Shown: piece by piece, positions 45,264-55,373 of the stretch | How positions within the stretch are numbered: position 1 is the stretch's first letter | Layout of the letters: every line of letters starts with the position of its first letter | NCBI GenBank assembly: GCA_050250255.1 | Contig: JBFWOZ010000006.1 | Location: forward strand, 20,226-84,225 | Length of the DNA stretch: 64,000 bases | Source of the DNA: Bdellovibrionales bacterium | GTDB lineage: Bacteria; Bdellovibrionota; Bdellovibrionia; Bdellovibrionales; DASUEL01 | Direction: 5' to 3' | Translations under genes and position numbers: made by a program | The notes under the pieces: model-generated | What the model was told of the DNA's origin: nothing | Database searches by the model: none | The model's input: only the letters and a program-made list of their open reading frames with translations

Positions 45264-46398
45264 GTCCTCTCGTTGGATTCTTCTTGGTGTTATTCTTTTT
45301 CTCATAGCTCTACGCCTGGCGCTTCCACCTATTGGTCTTTGGGCGATTAACCGCTCTCTTGCTACAAAGCTAGATAAGTACACGGGACAACTTGCAGATT
45401 TTGATTTGAGTTTGTATCGAGGCGCTTATCAACTTCAGGGCTTAGAAATCAAAAAGAAAAATAGTCAGTTGCCACCTCTGTTGCAGGTAAAAGAAATCGA
45501 TCTCTCTTTAGCTTGGCGTGCAATTTGGGATGTTTGGATGAAAAATGATGTCTCTGCAGACATCACGCTTATAGAAGCTCGCATTCATCTCCTAGATGAT
45601 AAGAAAGCTGAAAACAAACAATTCGGTACGGATGAGGATAACGGCTGGGGAGATGTTTTAGATGTTCTTATCCCAATGAAAATAGAAACTCTAACGGTGA
45701 GAAATTCGGCCGTTTATTTCAATCATGGAGATATTAAAACCCCACTTCCGGTTAGAATCGAAGGACTAGACTTTCAAACTTTGGATCTTCGAAGTAGGCC
45801 ACGAAGAAATAAAAAGGCATTGAGCGCTTTTTCCGGGAAAGCAACAATACAGGGACATGCCATGCTTGAAACAAAGGGTGGCATTGATCTCGTCTCTCGA
45901 CCAGAAAGACTAGATTTGGATCTTAAAATTGAAGGATTCGAAATGAATTCCATCAACACTTACCTCAGGCACTACGTCCCTCTCGATATCACCCAGGGGA
46001 AGCTCAACCTATACGTTGAAACTGCGGGCTCCCGTGAAGATCTTAAAGGCTATGCTAAGGTTTTTCTTTCTGACTTAGATATTATTGCTCATAAACAAGA
46101 ATATGTTTCAGTGAAACATTTTGCTTACGAATTGCTCTCCGCTTTCGGAGGCTGGGTTTTAAAAAATTCCAAAAGTAGAAATGTTGCAAGCTACGTTCCT
46201 TTTGAGCAAAAAAAAAATTCTTTCAATGTGGATACCTCAGAGGCCTTTTGGTCTTCAGTGGAAAATATGTGGGCTCGAATGCCAAAGGGGTTTGATCATT
46301 CTATCGAATTGGATACAGGTGTTCGAGAGGTCCCAAAAAAATCTTCTATTACAGAAGGCTCAGCTGATCTCCAGGCCGCTGAAACAGATCCGTTCTAA
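45232..46398 (+). CDS. DUF748-domain membrane-anchored protein
   Basis: I chose the start at ATG 45232 because GGAG lies 8 nt upstream. The N-terminal TM WILLGVILFLIALRLALPPIGLWAINRSLA...LSLYRGAYQLQGLEIKK is typical of DUF748. It overlaps the previous gene by 32 nt. Confidence 0.7.
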   Translation: MARHKQNRWRKSSRWILLGVILFLIALRLALPPIGLWAINRSLATKLDKYTGQLADFDLSLYRGAYQLQGLEIKKKNSQLPPLLQVKEIDLSLAWRAIWDVWMKNDVSADITLIEARIHLLDDKKAENKQFGTDEDNGWGDVLDVLIPMKIETLTVRNSAVYFNHGDIKTPLPVRIEGLDFQTLDLRSRPRRNKKALSAFSGKATIQGHAMLETKGGIDLVSRPERLDLDLKIEGFEMNSINTYLRHYVPLDITQGKLNLYVETAGSREDLKGYAKVFLSDLDIIAHKQEYVSVKHFAYELLSAFGGWVLKNSKSRNVASYVPFEQKKNSFNVDTSEAFWSSVENMWARMPKGFDHSIELDTGVREVPKKSSITEGSADLQAAETDPF

Positions 46399-47431
46399 GT
46401 TGATAGGTTTTTTGGTTTAAGCCATATTTTTTGCAAAAGAGATGAAACATTTGTCGCAAGTTATCGGCTTGCTCACCCTGCCCGCGCATTCTGGATCCAA
46501 AATTTGAATCGTTGATTTTACCGCCACGCATATCACGAATCAAATGAAGGACTCGTTCTTTTGCTAGAGGACGATTTTGTTCTAGCCACTCTGTAAAAAT
46601 AGAGCTCACAGAATATGGTAATCTTAATGGAACATATCCTGCCGACCACGCACCGGCCTCCGCAGCTGCTTTTAAAATGGATGGCATTTCGTGATCGGTA
46701 AGTCCTGGAATCACCGGCGCCACATTTACTCCCACCGGAATTCCTGCCTCACTCAAAGAACGAATGGCGCGAAGCCGTGCCTCAGGCGTTGATGTTCGTG
46801 GTTCAAGAACACGAGCTAATTCGGTATCAAGTGTTGTCACAGAAATATACACAACAACCAACTCATATTCTGCCAATCGCTTCAAAACATCGATGTCTCT
46901 TGCGACAAGATGATTTTTCGTTATAAGTCCTGCGGGTTGCCGAAATTCCTCAAGCACTTCAAGGCATTGACGAGTCAGACGAAAACGCGCCTCTGCGGGC
47001 TGATAACAATCTGTGACTCCACTAACCATAATGCACTCTGGCTGCCAGTTTTTAGACATCAATTTTTCTCGAAGTAAATCTGGAGCATTTTCTTTTACAA
47101 AAATTTTAGATTCAAAATCTAAACCCGCCGACATACCGAGGTATTCATGTGTGGGCCTCGCGTAGCAGTAGGCACAGCCATGCTCACAGCCACGGTAGAA
47201 ATTCATGCTGTAACGAAAGCCTATGTCAGGGCTATCGTTTTCATTAACGATGGAACGCGAACTATCTCTATAAAAAATTGTTTTAATTTTGGAATCGTCA
47301 TGAAACCATTGGTCCGTATCCTGCAGGTCAAGTGGCGGGGGTTCTATTTGAAGATGATCAAAACGACCCGTTTGGTTGCCTACGGCTCCGCGTCCACGCT
47401 GTACGTTTTTTTTGTTTTCATTTTCAACCAT
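46349..47431 (-). CDS. PA0069-family radical SAM protein
   Basis: QRGRGAVGNQTGRFDH... and YRGCEHGCAYCYARP (CxxxCxxC). Confidence 0.85.
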   Translation of the reverse strand: MVENENKKNVQRGRGAVGNQTGRFDHLQIEPPPLDLQDTDQWFHDDSKIKTIFYRDSSRSIVNENDSPDIGFRYSMNFYRGCEHGCAYCYARPTHEYLGMSAGLDFESKIFVKENAPDLLREKLMSKNWQPECIMVSGVTDCYQPAEARFRLTRQCLEVLEEFRQPAGLITKNHLVARDIDVLKRLAEYELVVVYISVTTLDTELARVLEPRTSTPEARLRAIRSLSEAGIPVGVNVAPVIPGLTDHEMPSILKAAAEAGAWSAGYVPLRLPYSVSSIFTEWLEQNRPLAKERVLHLIRDMRGGKINDSNFGSRMRGQGEQADNLRQMFHLFCKKYGLNQKTYQLRTDLFQRPGDQLSLL

Positions 47432-47557
47432 CGAAGGAGAATAGCACTTTTTTCTTGATCCTCCCTAGTCCAGATCAGGAAAAAATCTATGTTGATGTCA
47501 AAATAGGTTATAAGAAGTAGCGAACTTTAAATTTAATTAAAATAATAAGGAGAAATT

Positions 47558-48043
47558 ATGAACTCACAAAATCAGTATATTGATATTGGAATTCCCGAAC
47601 AACAGAGAAAAGAAATTGCAGCAGGTCTTTCCCGCCTCTTAGCAGATACCTATACTTTGTATTTGAAGACACACAATTTCCATTGGAACGTGACTGGACC
47701 TATGTTCCAAACTCTTCATCTCATGTTTGAAGCTCAATATAATGAACTCGCACTGGCGGTAGATCTGATTGCTGAACGAATCCGAGCGTTAGGTGTATAT
47801 GCGCCGGGAAGTTACGCGGATTACGCTAAGCTCTCTACGATTAAAGACGCGGTCGGAGTACCACACGCAAAAGATATGATTAAAGAGTTGGTCGAAGGAC
47901 AAGAAGCTGTTGTAAGAACCGCGCGTGCAATTTATCCCACCGTAGAAAAGTCACACGATGAAGTTTCGGCCGATCTCCTCACGCAACGCATGACCGTTCA
48001 TGAAAAAACGGCGTGGATGCTACGAAGCCTTCTTCAAGATTAA
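47558..48043 (+). CDS. dps: Dps (DNA starvation/stationary-phase protection protein)
   Basis: [47 protein letters not shown]. Confidence 0.95.
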   Translation: MNSQNQYIDIGIPEQQRKEIAAGLSRLLADTYTLYLKTHNFHWNVTGPMFQTLHLMFEAQYNELALAVDLIAERIRALGVYAPGSYADYAKLSTIKDAVGVPHAKDMIKELVEGQEAVVRTARAIYPTVEKSHDEVSADLLTQRMTVHEKTAWMLRSLLQD

Positions 48044-49599
48044 GGGTAACGAGAATTAATGGTTGTCGCGAGAGCATTCAAATCGAGAGCGCGACAGCCC
48101 TTTACTTTTCCGGCTAACGTGGACATTAATTCTGACGAATCTCCCAGCAAAGTTTCTATGAGCGCTGGCGTGGCAGATCCGCCTCTCGTAGTGATAAAAC
48201 CGTAAGCTAGCGCTGCCGCTCCCGCGACCACCGGCGAAGCCATCGATGTCCCCTGAAGTCGACCATAAGTATTTGCCAGCATAGTTGAAAGAATCCCTAA
48301 ACTTGAAGAATCATTTCCAGGAGCGCTGATCTCTACAAAAGAGGCGCTGTAGTTAGAGTAACTCGATAGCGCTTCATCGCTAACGCTGACAGCTGCAACG
48401 GCCATAGCTCCGTTTAAAGCTTTTCCATAACTCGCAGGAGAAAACCAAAGTGACTCCGTTAGCTCCACACTACTGTTGCCCGCAGCCATGATCACCGTGA
48501 CGCCCGCATCGACCGCCGCCGTTAGCGCAGAAGAGTATGTCGAAGATTTTCCAACTCCGCCTAAGCTCAAGTTAATAATTCTTGCACCATTATTAATGGC
48601 GTAGAGAATCGCATTTCCTATGTTGCTTGAAGAGGCACCTTCGCTCGCACCAAATACATTGAGATGCATGATTTGCACATTTTGTCCCATCACACCCGCA
48701 ACGCCAGTACCGTTGTCCCAACGTGCTGCTGAAATACCGGCCACGTGTGTTCCATGAACTTCACCCCCCGAGGACCAAGAAATAGGAGAGGGATCTGCGA
48801 TATCGCTCGCGAAATTATATCCGTACAGATCATCCACATAACCATTGCCATCGTCGTCTGTTGCGTTGGATGCCACTTCATCAGAATTCAGCCAACGGTT
48901 TGCCAACAAGTCGTTATGTGCATGAGCGCCACCCGTATCAATGATGGCGATAACGGTGGTCGATGTAATTCCGTTCGTAGAATGAAAAAAAGTATCCCAT
49001 GACGCCGATGAATTGATTGCCGTGTGATGTGCTTGTGAAGAAAAATTTGAATCATTGGGCGTGACCGAAGGATACGCGATCACCGCATTGGAAACTTCTA
49101 TGAGGCAGGGATCTCGTGCCGCTTCTCTTGCCACATCCATCACCGACATATCGTAAGGAGCCTCCCATTGAAAATAGCGAAGTGGGAGTTTTGTATTTTG
49201 AAAAACCTGAGGCTCCACTTTCTCTCTTAAGGCAAATGTTCTTAAATCTGCAGAGCTCTGCTCTGAAAGACATTGAAGATCATAAAGAACATCTAATTTT
49301 GTCTCGTGAGAGAGTTTGAGAGCTTTCGGTTCAAAGGCGGAGTTCCAAAAATACGACTGCGCTAAAGAACCTCGTAGGCTTGAGGCGCCTGCGACAACAA
49401 CAACATGTGGATCTAATTTTAATTTTCCAGCGACAATCATATCCTCTTCAAGCTGCTGAATACTTACCGGAGGAGCATCCGTATAACTGCAGCTTGCACT
49501 TGAGAGATTGCTATTGGCGGGATTTGATCCCAGAAGGCTATTCGCAGAGCAACCCGCGATACTTGCAATTCCCATTAACGCGATCAAAAGACGAGACAT
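48040..49599 (-). CDS. S8 (subtilisin-like) serine peptidase, lipoprotein
   Basis: Lipobox: IASIAGC. Catalytic triad contexts: [17 protein letters not shown] and [11 protein letters not shown]. Confidence 0.9.
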   Translation of the reverse strand: MSRLLIALMGIASIAGCSANSLLGSNPANSNLSSASCSYTDAPPVSIQQLEEDMIVAGKLKLDPHVVVVAGASSLRGSLAQSYFWNSAFEPKALKLSHETKLDVLYDLQCLSEQSSADLRTFALREKVEPQVFQNTKLPLRYFQWEAPYDMSVMDVAREAARDPCLIEVSNAVIAYPSVTPNDSNFSSQAHHTAINSSASWDTFFHSTNGITSTTVIAIIDTGGAHAHNDLLANRWLNSDEVASNATDDDGNGYVDDLYGYNFASDIADPSPISWSSGGEVHGTHVAGISAARWDNGTGVAGVMGQNVQIMHLNVFGASEGASSSNIGNAILYAINNGARIINLSLGGVGKSSTYSSALTAAVDAGVTVIMAAGNSSVELTESLWFSPASYGKALNGAMAVAAVSVSDEALSSYSNYSASFVEISAPGNDSSSLGILSTMLANTYGRLQGTSMASPVVAGAAALAYGFITTRGGSATPALIETLLGDSSELMSTLAGKVKGCRALDLNALATTINSRYP

Positions 49600-49607
49600 A
49601 AGTTCCC

Positions 49608-50195
49608 CTAAAAATAAAAGAAGAGCGATAGAAGCGGATCGATCGTTGTTTTGATGTAGGTTTTCGATAAAGTGGTTTCAACGCCGTCTTGTAATGATTT
49701 TTCAAACTTGAAGGTACGGTAGCTTAATTGCGGGCCTAGAAAAAAGCGTTCGGAGATTTCAAATTGTGCTCCGAATGAGAGCTGAACCCCACTCCCATTT
49801 TTATATATAATTTCCGTGGCATTCGGACGTTTATCCCTGAGTTCGCCAAAGTAGTAATATGTTACGAACCCATAGATGGCTTTGTACGCAACTCCCACCG
49901 TCGGTCCCCAAGAGGTCCGCGTCCAAACATAATCACCTTCCGTGGAACCACCGCTGTCTGTCCATTTTTCTACCGATTGGTCGTAAATGCCGCCTATAAA
50001 TATTCCGTTATTTTTATATCCCGCCGCAACAGATCCCACAAAATAGGTACGAGCACGCTTACTTTGATAATCAGTTGTGTCGCCCCAATAGAAAATGGAG
50101 GGATTGAAGAACCAGCCTTTTTCCTGAATCACTTGATCTTGGGCGAATACATCGAGACTTAACAATAGAATGAATAAAGCTATGAGCGTTTTCAA
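49608..50195 (-). CDS. Outer-membrane beta-barrel-like hypothetical protein
   Basis: A signal peptide is present, the strands are alternating and aromatic/Gly-rich, and the C-terminus is FFYF. Confidence 0.6.
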   Translation of the reverse strand: MKTLIALFILLLSLDVFAQDQVIQEKGWFFNPSIFYWGDTTDYQSKRARTYFVGSVAAGYKNNGIFIGGIYDQSVEKWTDSGGSTEGDYVWTRTSWGPTVGVAYKAIYGFVTYYYFGELRDKRPNATEIIYKNGSGVQLSFGAQFEISERFFLGPQLSYRTFKFEKSLQDGVETTLSKTYIKTTIDPLLSLFFYF

Positions 50196-50297
50196 AGTTC
50201 CCTCTTTGTAAACTGGCTAACCGTTAATACTTTTTCGGCAAAAAGGTGATGAACTTCATCTAGACAAACGACCTGACCTGCAGTATCGGTTCAATAA

Positions 50298-50513
50298 ATG
50301 CGTACACTTTGGATGGCCATACACGAGCTCGCGGATGAAAAAGGGGTCGACTTATATGTTGATCCCGACACAAACTATTCCGTATTTACACGGGGTTACC
50401 TCTTACGAAAAGGTACCTGTTGTAAATCTCAATGTCGTCACTGCCCTTATGGTGAGATGGAACCACCCACGATAGATAAAGAAGCTTTGGATTCAAAAAC
50501 CCACACCACTTAG
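50298..50513 (+). CDS. DUF5522-like small Cys-motif protein
   Basis: FTRGYLLRKGTCCKSQCRHCPY. Confidence 0.65.
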   Translation: MRTLWMAIHELADEKGVDLYVDPDTNYSVFTRGYLLRKGTCCKSQCRHCPYGEMEPPTIDKEALDSKTHTT

Positions 50514-50546
50514 TCCCGCTCGCTCAAAAAGCTCAAAGAGAAAATT

Positions 50547-50744
50547 ATGATTAAAGTTATCGTTTTATTATTACTTTCTAATGTCTTCATGACTTTTGCT
50601 TGGTACGGGCATCTTAAAAATTTAAAGGATAAACCCCTCTATATCGCAATTCTGATCAGTTGGTTCATCGCGTTTCTGGAGTATTGCTTACAAGTCCCTG
50701 CAAATCGCATCGGAACTCAGCACATGAGCCTCTCAGTTAAATAA
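50547..50744 (+). pseudogene. DMT-family (DUF486) membrane protein, apparently C-terminally truncated (65 aa versus about 110 aa expected)
   Basis: LLLLSNVFMTFAWYGHLKNL...FLEYCLQVPANRIG matches the first half of the DUF486 family. The ORF stops soon after this and is directly followed by a terminator hairpin and a convergent gene. Confidence 0.45.
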
Positions 50745-50779
50745 AAAAAGGACCCGCTTTTGGAGCGAGTCCTTTTTTC
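50744..50779. terminator. Bidirectional terminator hairpin (AAAAAAAGGACCCGC-ttttgg-AGCGAGTCCTTTTTT)
   Basis: Imperfect stem with one mismatch, flanked by an A-run and a T-run. It sits between convergent genes. Confidence 0.6.
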
Positions 50780-50799
50780 TTTTTCCCTAAAATACATGA

Positions 50800-52530
50800 T
50801 TATCGAGCTTTTTTCAGTGCGGCGAGGACATCTGCAGCTCCACCCGTAACCGTTAAGCTGTCAAATGCGACCACGTTCTTTTCACCAGTCACGCTTGGCT
50901 TATAAACTTCTAAGCCTGGGTATGCGCGAGCGGTTGAAAGAACCAATTCTCGCACTTTTTCTCCCGTGAAGTTCGGGTGCTGAGAAAGAATCAAAGCTCC
51001 GACTCCCGCCACACACGGACCCGCCATGCTGGTACCGGAAAATGCAGCGTACTGATTTCCAGGAACGCTCGAAAGAACTTCAAAACCAGGAGCAAAAATA
51101 TCCACAGTTTCTTTTCCGTAATTAGAAAAATAAGCCGGAAGATTGAGCCCTTTTGTTTTTGAAGAAGCTGCCACCTCAATCCAGTTAGGAATGATGTCCG
51201 CAACAGACGCCTTTACATGTTTGTTTGGAAAATTGTTTTTATCTGTGTTGAGTTTAGCATCATTACCAGCAGAGTGAATGATTAATACACCCTTACTTGC
51301 AGCATACATAAACGCTTCGTCCACTTTTGTTTTGAGTGGAGAATAACCCTTACCAAAGCTCATGTTAATCACGCGAGCTCCATTATCTGTCGCGTAACGA
51401 ACGGCATTGGCGATATCTTTATCGTACTCATCACCATTTGGTACAGCTCGAAGCGCCATGATGCGAACATCTGTTGCGATTCCATCGATTCCCAAATTAT
51501 TTCCACGAACCGCACCAATAATACCGGCAACATGTGTTCCATGGTCTGCGCCCGGACCTTCAACGTCGTTATTTCCGTATCCGCGCTGTTGTTCAACCCT
51601 GTAAGGGTTATCACCGATGATCTGTTTCCTCGGGTCAAAGCTCTCATTGAAGTAGTATTTCAATTGATCATCATATCTTTGGAGAAGAACATCCAGACGA
51701 GCGGTGTTCGTTAAGTTATTCTTTTTGAACAACTCAATGAATTCTGCCTGAGCCATTTTTCTCACTTCTTCTGTCGGCTGAAGAGCCGTCACCATCGCCA
51801 AAGTTACTTTTTCAAATTCAACCGCGAGCAAAGTTTTAAGAACTTCGTAACGTGCCTTCATAGCATCTTTAATGCCCTGTACCTTTGCGGTCGATGTTGT
51901 CGCGTCTGTGCGCGCCTTTGCAACCTCAGCATCCAGGTGAGCCAAGTAAGCCGCTTCTTCTTCAGAGAGCTCTCTTTTTACTTTCAACTTTTTCATACGA
52001 ACAAGCTCGCGAGTGACCTCAAGAGTGGTTGCATCGATATGAACAGGCTTGCCTGTCTTGTCGACACTTCCAAGAAAGTTCCAACCGTGAATATCGTCGA
52101 CATATCCGTTTTTATCGTCATCGATATTATTAGAAGCTTTATTTCTTCCATTTTTATCAACGCCTGTCTCTCCAGGATTTTTCCAGATGTGAGCCGCGAG
52201 ATCTTCATGCTCAATGTCGATACCGCTATCAATCACCGCAACAAGAATAGGCTCTACACCCGTTCTTAAGTTTAAGTCGATGTAAGCGCGATCTGCACTC
52301 ACTCCCTCAATACCGTCTATTTCGGGATCTTTTGTGACCCATGTGCCTGTTGTCTCAACACCAGGTTTCTGCGGAACATCTGTTGTTTCTGCAGAGCGAT
52401 CGCCTTTCGCATTAATCGGCTCTTGATCTAATGGCCGCGAAGATTCTTGTTTGGAACACGCGCCCAAAAATAAACTCGCAATCACCAAAGATGCAGCGAA
52501 TAATGATCGGCAAGGTTGTGTATTTATCAT
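50800..52530 (-). CDS. S8 (subtilisin-like) serine peptidase, lipoprotein
   Basis: Lipobox: LFLGAC. Catalytic triad contexts: [26 protein letters not shown] and GTSMAGPCVAG. Confidence 0.9.
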   Translation of the reverse strand: MINTQPCRSLFAASLVIASLFLGACSKQESSRPLDQEPINAKGDRSAETTDVPQKPGVETTGTWVTKDPEIDGIEGVSADRAYIDLNLRTGVEPILVAVIDSGIDIEHEDLAAHIWKNPGETGVDKNGRNKASNNIDDDKNGYVDDIHGWNFLGSVDKTGKPVHIDATTLEVTRELVRMKKLKVKRELSEEEAAYLAHLDAEVAKARTDATTSTAKVQGIKDAMKARYEVLKTLLAVEFEKVTLAMVTALQPTEEVRKMAQAEFIELFKKNNLTNTARLDVLLQRYDDQLKYYFNESFDPRKQIIGDNPYRVEQQRGYGNNDVEGPGADHGTHVAGIIGAVRGNNLGIDGIATDVRIMALRAVPNGDEYDKDIANAVRYATDNGARVINMSFGKGYSPLKTKVDEAFMYAASKGVLIIHSAGNDAKLNTDKNNFPNKHVKASVADIIPNWIEVAASSKTKGLNLPAYFSNYGKETVDIFAPGFEVLSSVPGNQYAAFSGTSMAGPCVAGVGALILSQHPNFTGEKVRELVLSTARAYPGLEVYKPSVTGEKNVVAFDSLTVTGGAADVLAALKKAR

Positions 52531-52633
52531 TCTTTCCCCCTATGATAGGTGTGCATTGACACCAATTTAAACGAACAGACACCTGGAATAGCAACGCTTG
52601 TGCCAGGGGTAAATAGAAATTTGGAAATATCGT

Positions 52634-54457
52634 ATGAATTCCTTTGAGGTTGCAGCTGATCCCCAGAGACAAAATCACTTCAAAACGCTTCAGAAACTGA
52701 TCCACTATCTCTGGCCCCGGAGCCATAGTGGCCTAAAGATTCGCGTCATCGTAGCCATGTGCTGCCTGGTGGTTGCAAAAGTTCTGAATGTCTATGTTCC
52801 TTTCTTATTAAAAGATTTGGTGGACGTTCTTAATATTCGTACTACCGAAGTCGTCACACTCCCACTCGCTTTGATTGTCGCCTACGCCGTAGCGCGCGTC
52901 GGCTCTCAAGCCTTTGGCGAAATCCGTGATCTTCTCTTTGTTCATGTGTCACAGCACGCTCAACGAACGGTCGCGGGACACACTTTTTCTCACCTTCATG
53001 CGCTCTCTCTGAGGTTTCACTTAGATCGTCAGACCGGCGGGCTCTCGCGTGTGATTGAGCGTGGAACAAAAGCGATTCAATTTGTTTTAGGCCTCATGCT
53101 CTTTAATATTCTGCCGACTTTTTTAGAAATCTTTCTTGTCACCGGCGCCCTCTATTTAAAATTTGGATGGGAATATTCGGCCGTGATTTTTGTCACTATT
53201 GCCTCTTACATTTTTCATACTTACTTTGTGACCGAGTGGCGACTGAAACATCGAACCGTCATGAATAAACGCGACACCGAGGCCAATACTAAAGCGGTGG
53301 ACAGTTTGCTCAACTACGAAACCGTAAAGTATTTTGGAAACGAAAAACACGAAATGAACCGTTACGATCACGCTCTTTCGTCTTACGAGCAAGCGGCCAT
53401 TAAAAATCAATACACCCTTTCGACTCTTAATATTGGTCAAGGGCTCATCATTGGATTTGGACTGGCAACGCTTCTCCTCCTCGCCTCAAGAGGCGTGCAA
53501 AGTGGAGTGCTGAGCATTGGTGATTTTGTACTTCTCAATACTTTTCTTTTACAGCTCTATATGCCACTCAACCTTTTGGGCTTTGTCTACCGAGAAACAA
53601 AACAAGGTCTCGTCGATATGGATAAGATGTTTGAGCTTTTGGCCGTCAATCAAGAGATAAAAGATTCTCCAGACGCAAAGGCTCTCAAGGATCAGGCCCG
53701 TGACATTCAATATACTGTTGAGTTTAAAAATGTTTCTTTCTCCTACGAGCCTGACCGAAAAATACTGAAAGATCTTAGCTTTCAAATTCCGCATGGAAAA
53801 ACGGTCGCTGTCGTGGGCCCGAGTGGGGCGGGAAAGAGCACTCTCTCCCGACTCCTCTTCCGATTCTATGACGTCACTTCCGGTGCGATTCTTATTGACG
53901 GTGTGGATCTACGGAATATCAAACAGCTCGATCTACGTCATCATATTGGAATCGTTCCCCAAGACACGGTGCTGTTTAACGACACCATTCACTACAATAT
54001 TCAGTATGGAAACATCCTCGCCTCTGAACAGGAAGTGATCGAGGCCGCTCGAAAATCGCAAATACATAGTTTTGTGATGGGGCTTCCTAAAAAATATGAA
54101 ACCGCGGTTGGAGAACGCGGCTTAAAACTTTCTGGTGGAGAAAAGCAACGTGTGGCCATTGCCCGTACGATTTTAAAAGACCCGCCGATTCTTATTTTTG
54201 ATGAAGCGACGAGTGCTCTAGATTCTAAAACGGAAAAAGAAATTCAAGCTTCGCTCAAAGCCATTGCCCGTAACCGTACCACTCTCGTGATTGCCCATAG
54301 ACTTTCCACCATTGTCGATGCCGATGAAATTTTGGTTTTAAAGGATGGGGAGATTGTGGAACGTGGAACCCATGCAGAACATTTAAAAAGAGATGGGGAA
54401 TACGCCTCGATGTGGAGAAGGCAGGCTTCTCAAAAGGACGAATCCCCTACTGCTTAG
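52634..54457 (+). CDS. ABC transporter, fused permease/ATPase, ATM1/HMT1 type
   Basis: Walker A: GPSGAGKST. Signature: LSGGEKQRVAIAR. Walker B: ILIFDEATSALD. The N-terminal region is a 6-TM domain. Confidence 0.9.
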   Translation: MNSFEVAADPQRQNHFKTLQKLIHYLWPRSHSGLKIRVIVAMCCLVVAKVLNVYVPFLLKDLVDVLNIRTTEVVTLPLALIVAYAVARVGSQAFGEIRDLLFVHVSQHAQRTVAGHTFSHLHALSLRFHLDRQTGGLSRVIERGTKAIQFVLGLMLFNILPTFLEIFLVTGALYLKFGWEYSAVIFVTIASYIFHTYFVTEWRLKHRTVMNKRDTEANTKAVDSLLNYETVKYFGNEKHEMNRYDHALSSYEQAAIKNQYTLSTLNIGQGLIIGFGLATLLLLASRGVQSGVLSIGDFVLLNTFLLQLYMPLNLLGFVYRETKQGLVDMDKMFELLAVNQEIKDSPDAKALKDQARDIQYTVEFKNVSFSYEPDRKILKDLSFQIPHGKTVAVVGPSGAGKSTLSRLLFRFYDVTSGAILIDGVDLRNIKQLDLRHHIGIVPQDTVLFNDTIHYNIQYGNILASEQEVIEAARKSQIHSFVMGLPKKYETAVGERGLKLSGGEKQRVAIARTILKDPPILIFDEATSALDSKTEKEIQASLKAIARNRTTLVIAHRLSTIVDADEILVLKDGEIVERGTHAEHLKRDGEYASMWRRQASQKDESPTA

Positions 54458-55134
54458 AGTTGAATCCATTTTTGGTGAAGTTCTTGCCGTTTTCCTTTTT
54501 CGAACTTCACAGCTGGGCCAATGAGCTTGGCCCGTTGATTGACTATCACGAGGCCCGCACCATCGTCGCAACCAATAATAGGCGAACGGGTCTGTTTGGA
54601 GTACTGAATCAGCTCTTGGTCGTGGCTTCCACGCCAATCATAGTGCGGAGAAAACTCGAAACCGACAAGGCTCATGGCTTTATAGTCTGTCAGACAGTGT
54701 TTGTTTTCATCACGATCAGCACTTGGAACTTGGGCCGTCATAATATTAGGAGTCATCACGATCGCGCCGGCACTCATGCCCGCAAGAACCCCGCCTTTTT
54801 TCACGAATTTTTTAAACTGTGGGATGAGTTTGTTTTTTCTTAAATGATTTAAAAATATAAAAGTGTTCCCGCTCGAAAGATAAATCACATCCCCAGAAAA
54901 GACTTTTTCGAGATGTTTTGGAGAATAGTCTCTATTGGGTGCAAAGTAGTTGAAGTTTTTCACTCCATATTTTTTGTAATAGCGTTTCCAATCACGATAA
55001 TGATCGGGATGTTCATAGAACGTAAAAGGAACGTAGCTCATGACGGGCTCTTTCTTTTTGATAAGGCCCAGGAGCTCAAGGTCTAAAGCTTCATTTATCT
55101 TATTATTGCCGCCGCTATATAAAATAAGTTTCAT
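54454..55134 (-). CDS. Peptidase S51 / type-1 glutamine-amidotransferase-like protein (dipeptidase E-like)
   Basis: MKLILYSGG..., LSSGNTFIFL and GMSAGAIV. I chose the start at ATG 55134. The 3' end overlaps the ABC gene by 4 nt. Confidence 0.75.
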   Translation of the reverse strand: MKLILYSGGNNKINEALDLELLGLIKKKEPVMSYVPFTFYEHPDHYRDWKRYYKKYGVKNFNYFAPNRDYSPKHLEKVFSGDVIYLSSGNTFIFLNHLRKNKLIPQFKKFVKKGGVLAGMSAGAIVMTPNIMTAQVPSADRDENKHCLTDYKAMSLVGFEFSPHYDWRGSHDQELIQYSKQTRSPIIGCDDGAGLVIVNQRAKLIGPAVKFEKGKRQELHQKWIQL

Positions 55135-55331
55135 ACGACTAGATAGAGCAATCTCCATACCCTGTCTCATTCAGAGACGGACTTAAAAAGTACTTAGAAA
55201 GTGTGTGGTTAGCTGGCCTCACCATGAAACATCTTAAAACGGGACAGCTAAGGTTTTGACTGTGAGAGTGGTGACTGACACCTTGGGCAGAAGAACAAAA
55301 CGTCTCAAGTTGAAACGTTTCCGTGAAAGCG

Positions 55332-55363
55332 AAGCAGTCACTGGAAACGTGACTGCTTTTTTT
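55332..55363 (+). terminator. Canonical plus-strand intrinsic terminator (AAGCAGTCAC-tggaaac-GTGACTGCTT + T7) with no annotated plus-strand gene upstream
   Basis: Perfect 10-bp stem followed by a T-run, read directly. It lies between two minus-strand genes. Confidence 0.5.
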
Positions 55364-55373
55364 AAAATAATAA

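Noticed and set aside
54412-54843. 143-aa plus-strand ORF overlapping the S51 peptidase gene. The same applies to 55256..55621 (+), which overlaps the lipoprotein gene end.
   Set aside because: They are antisense to better-supported genes and have no SD. The sequence is explained by the opposite-strand CDS.
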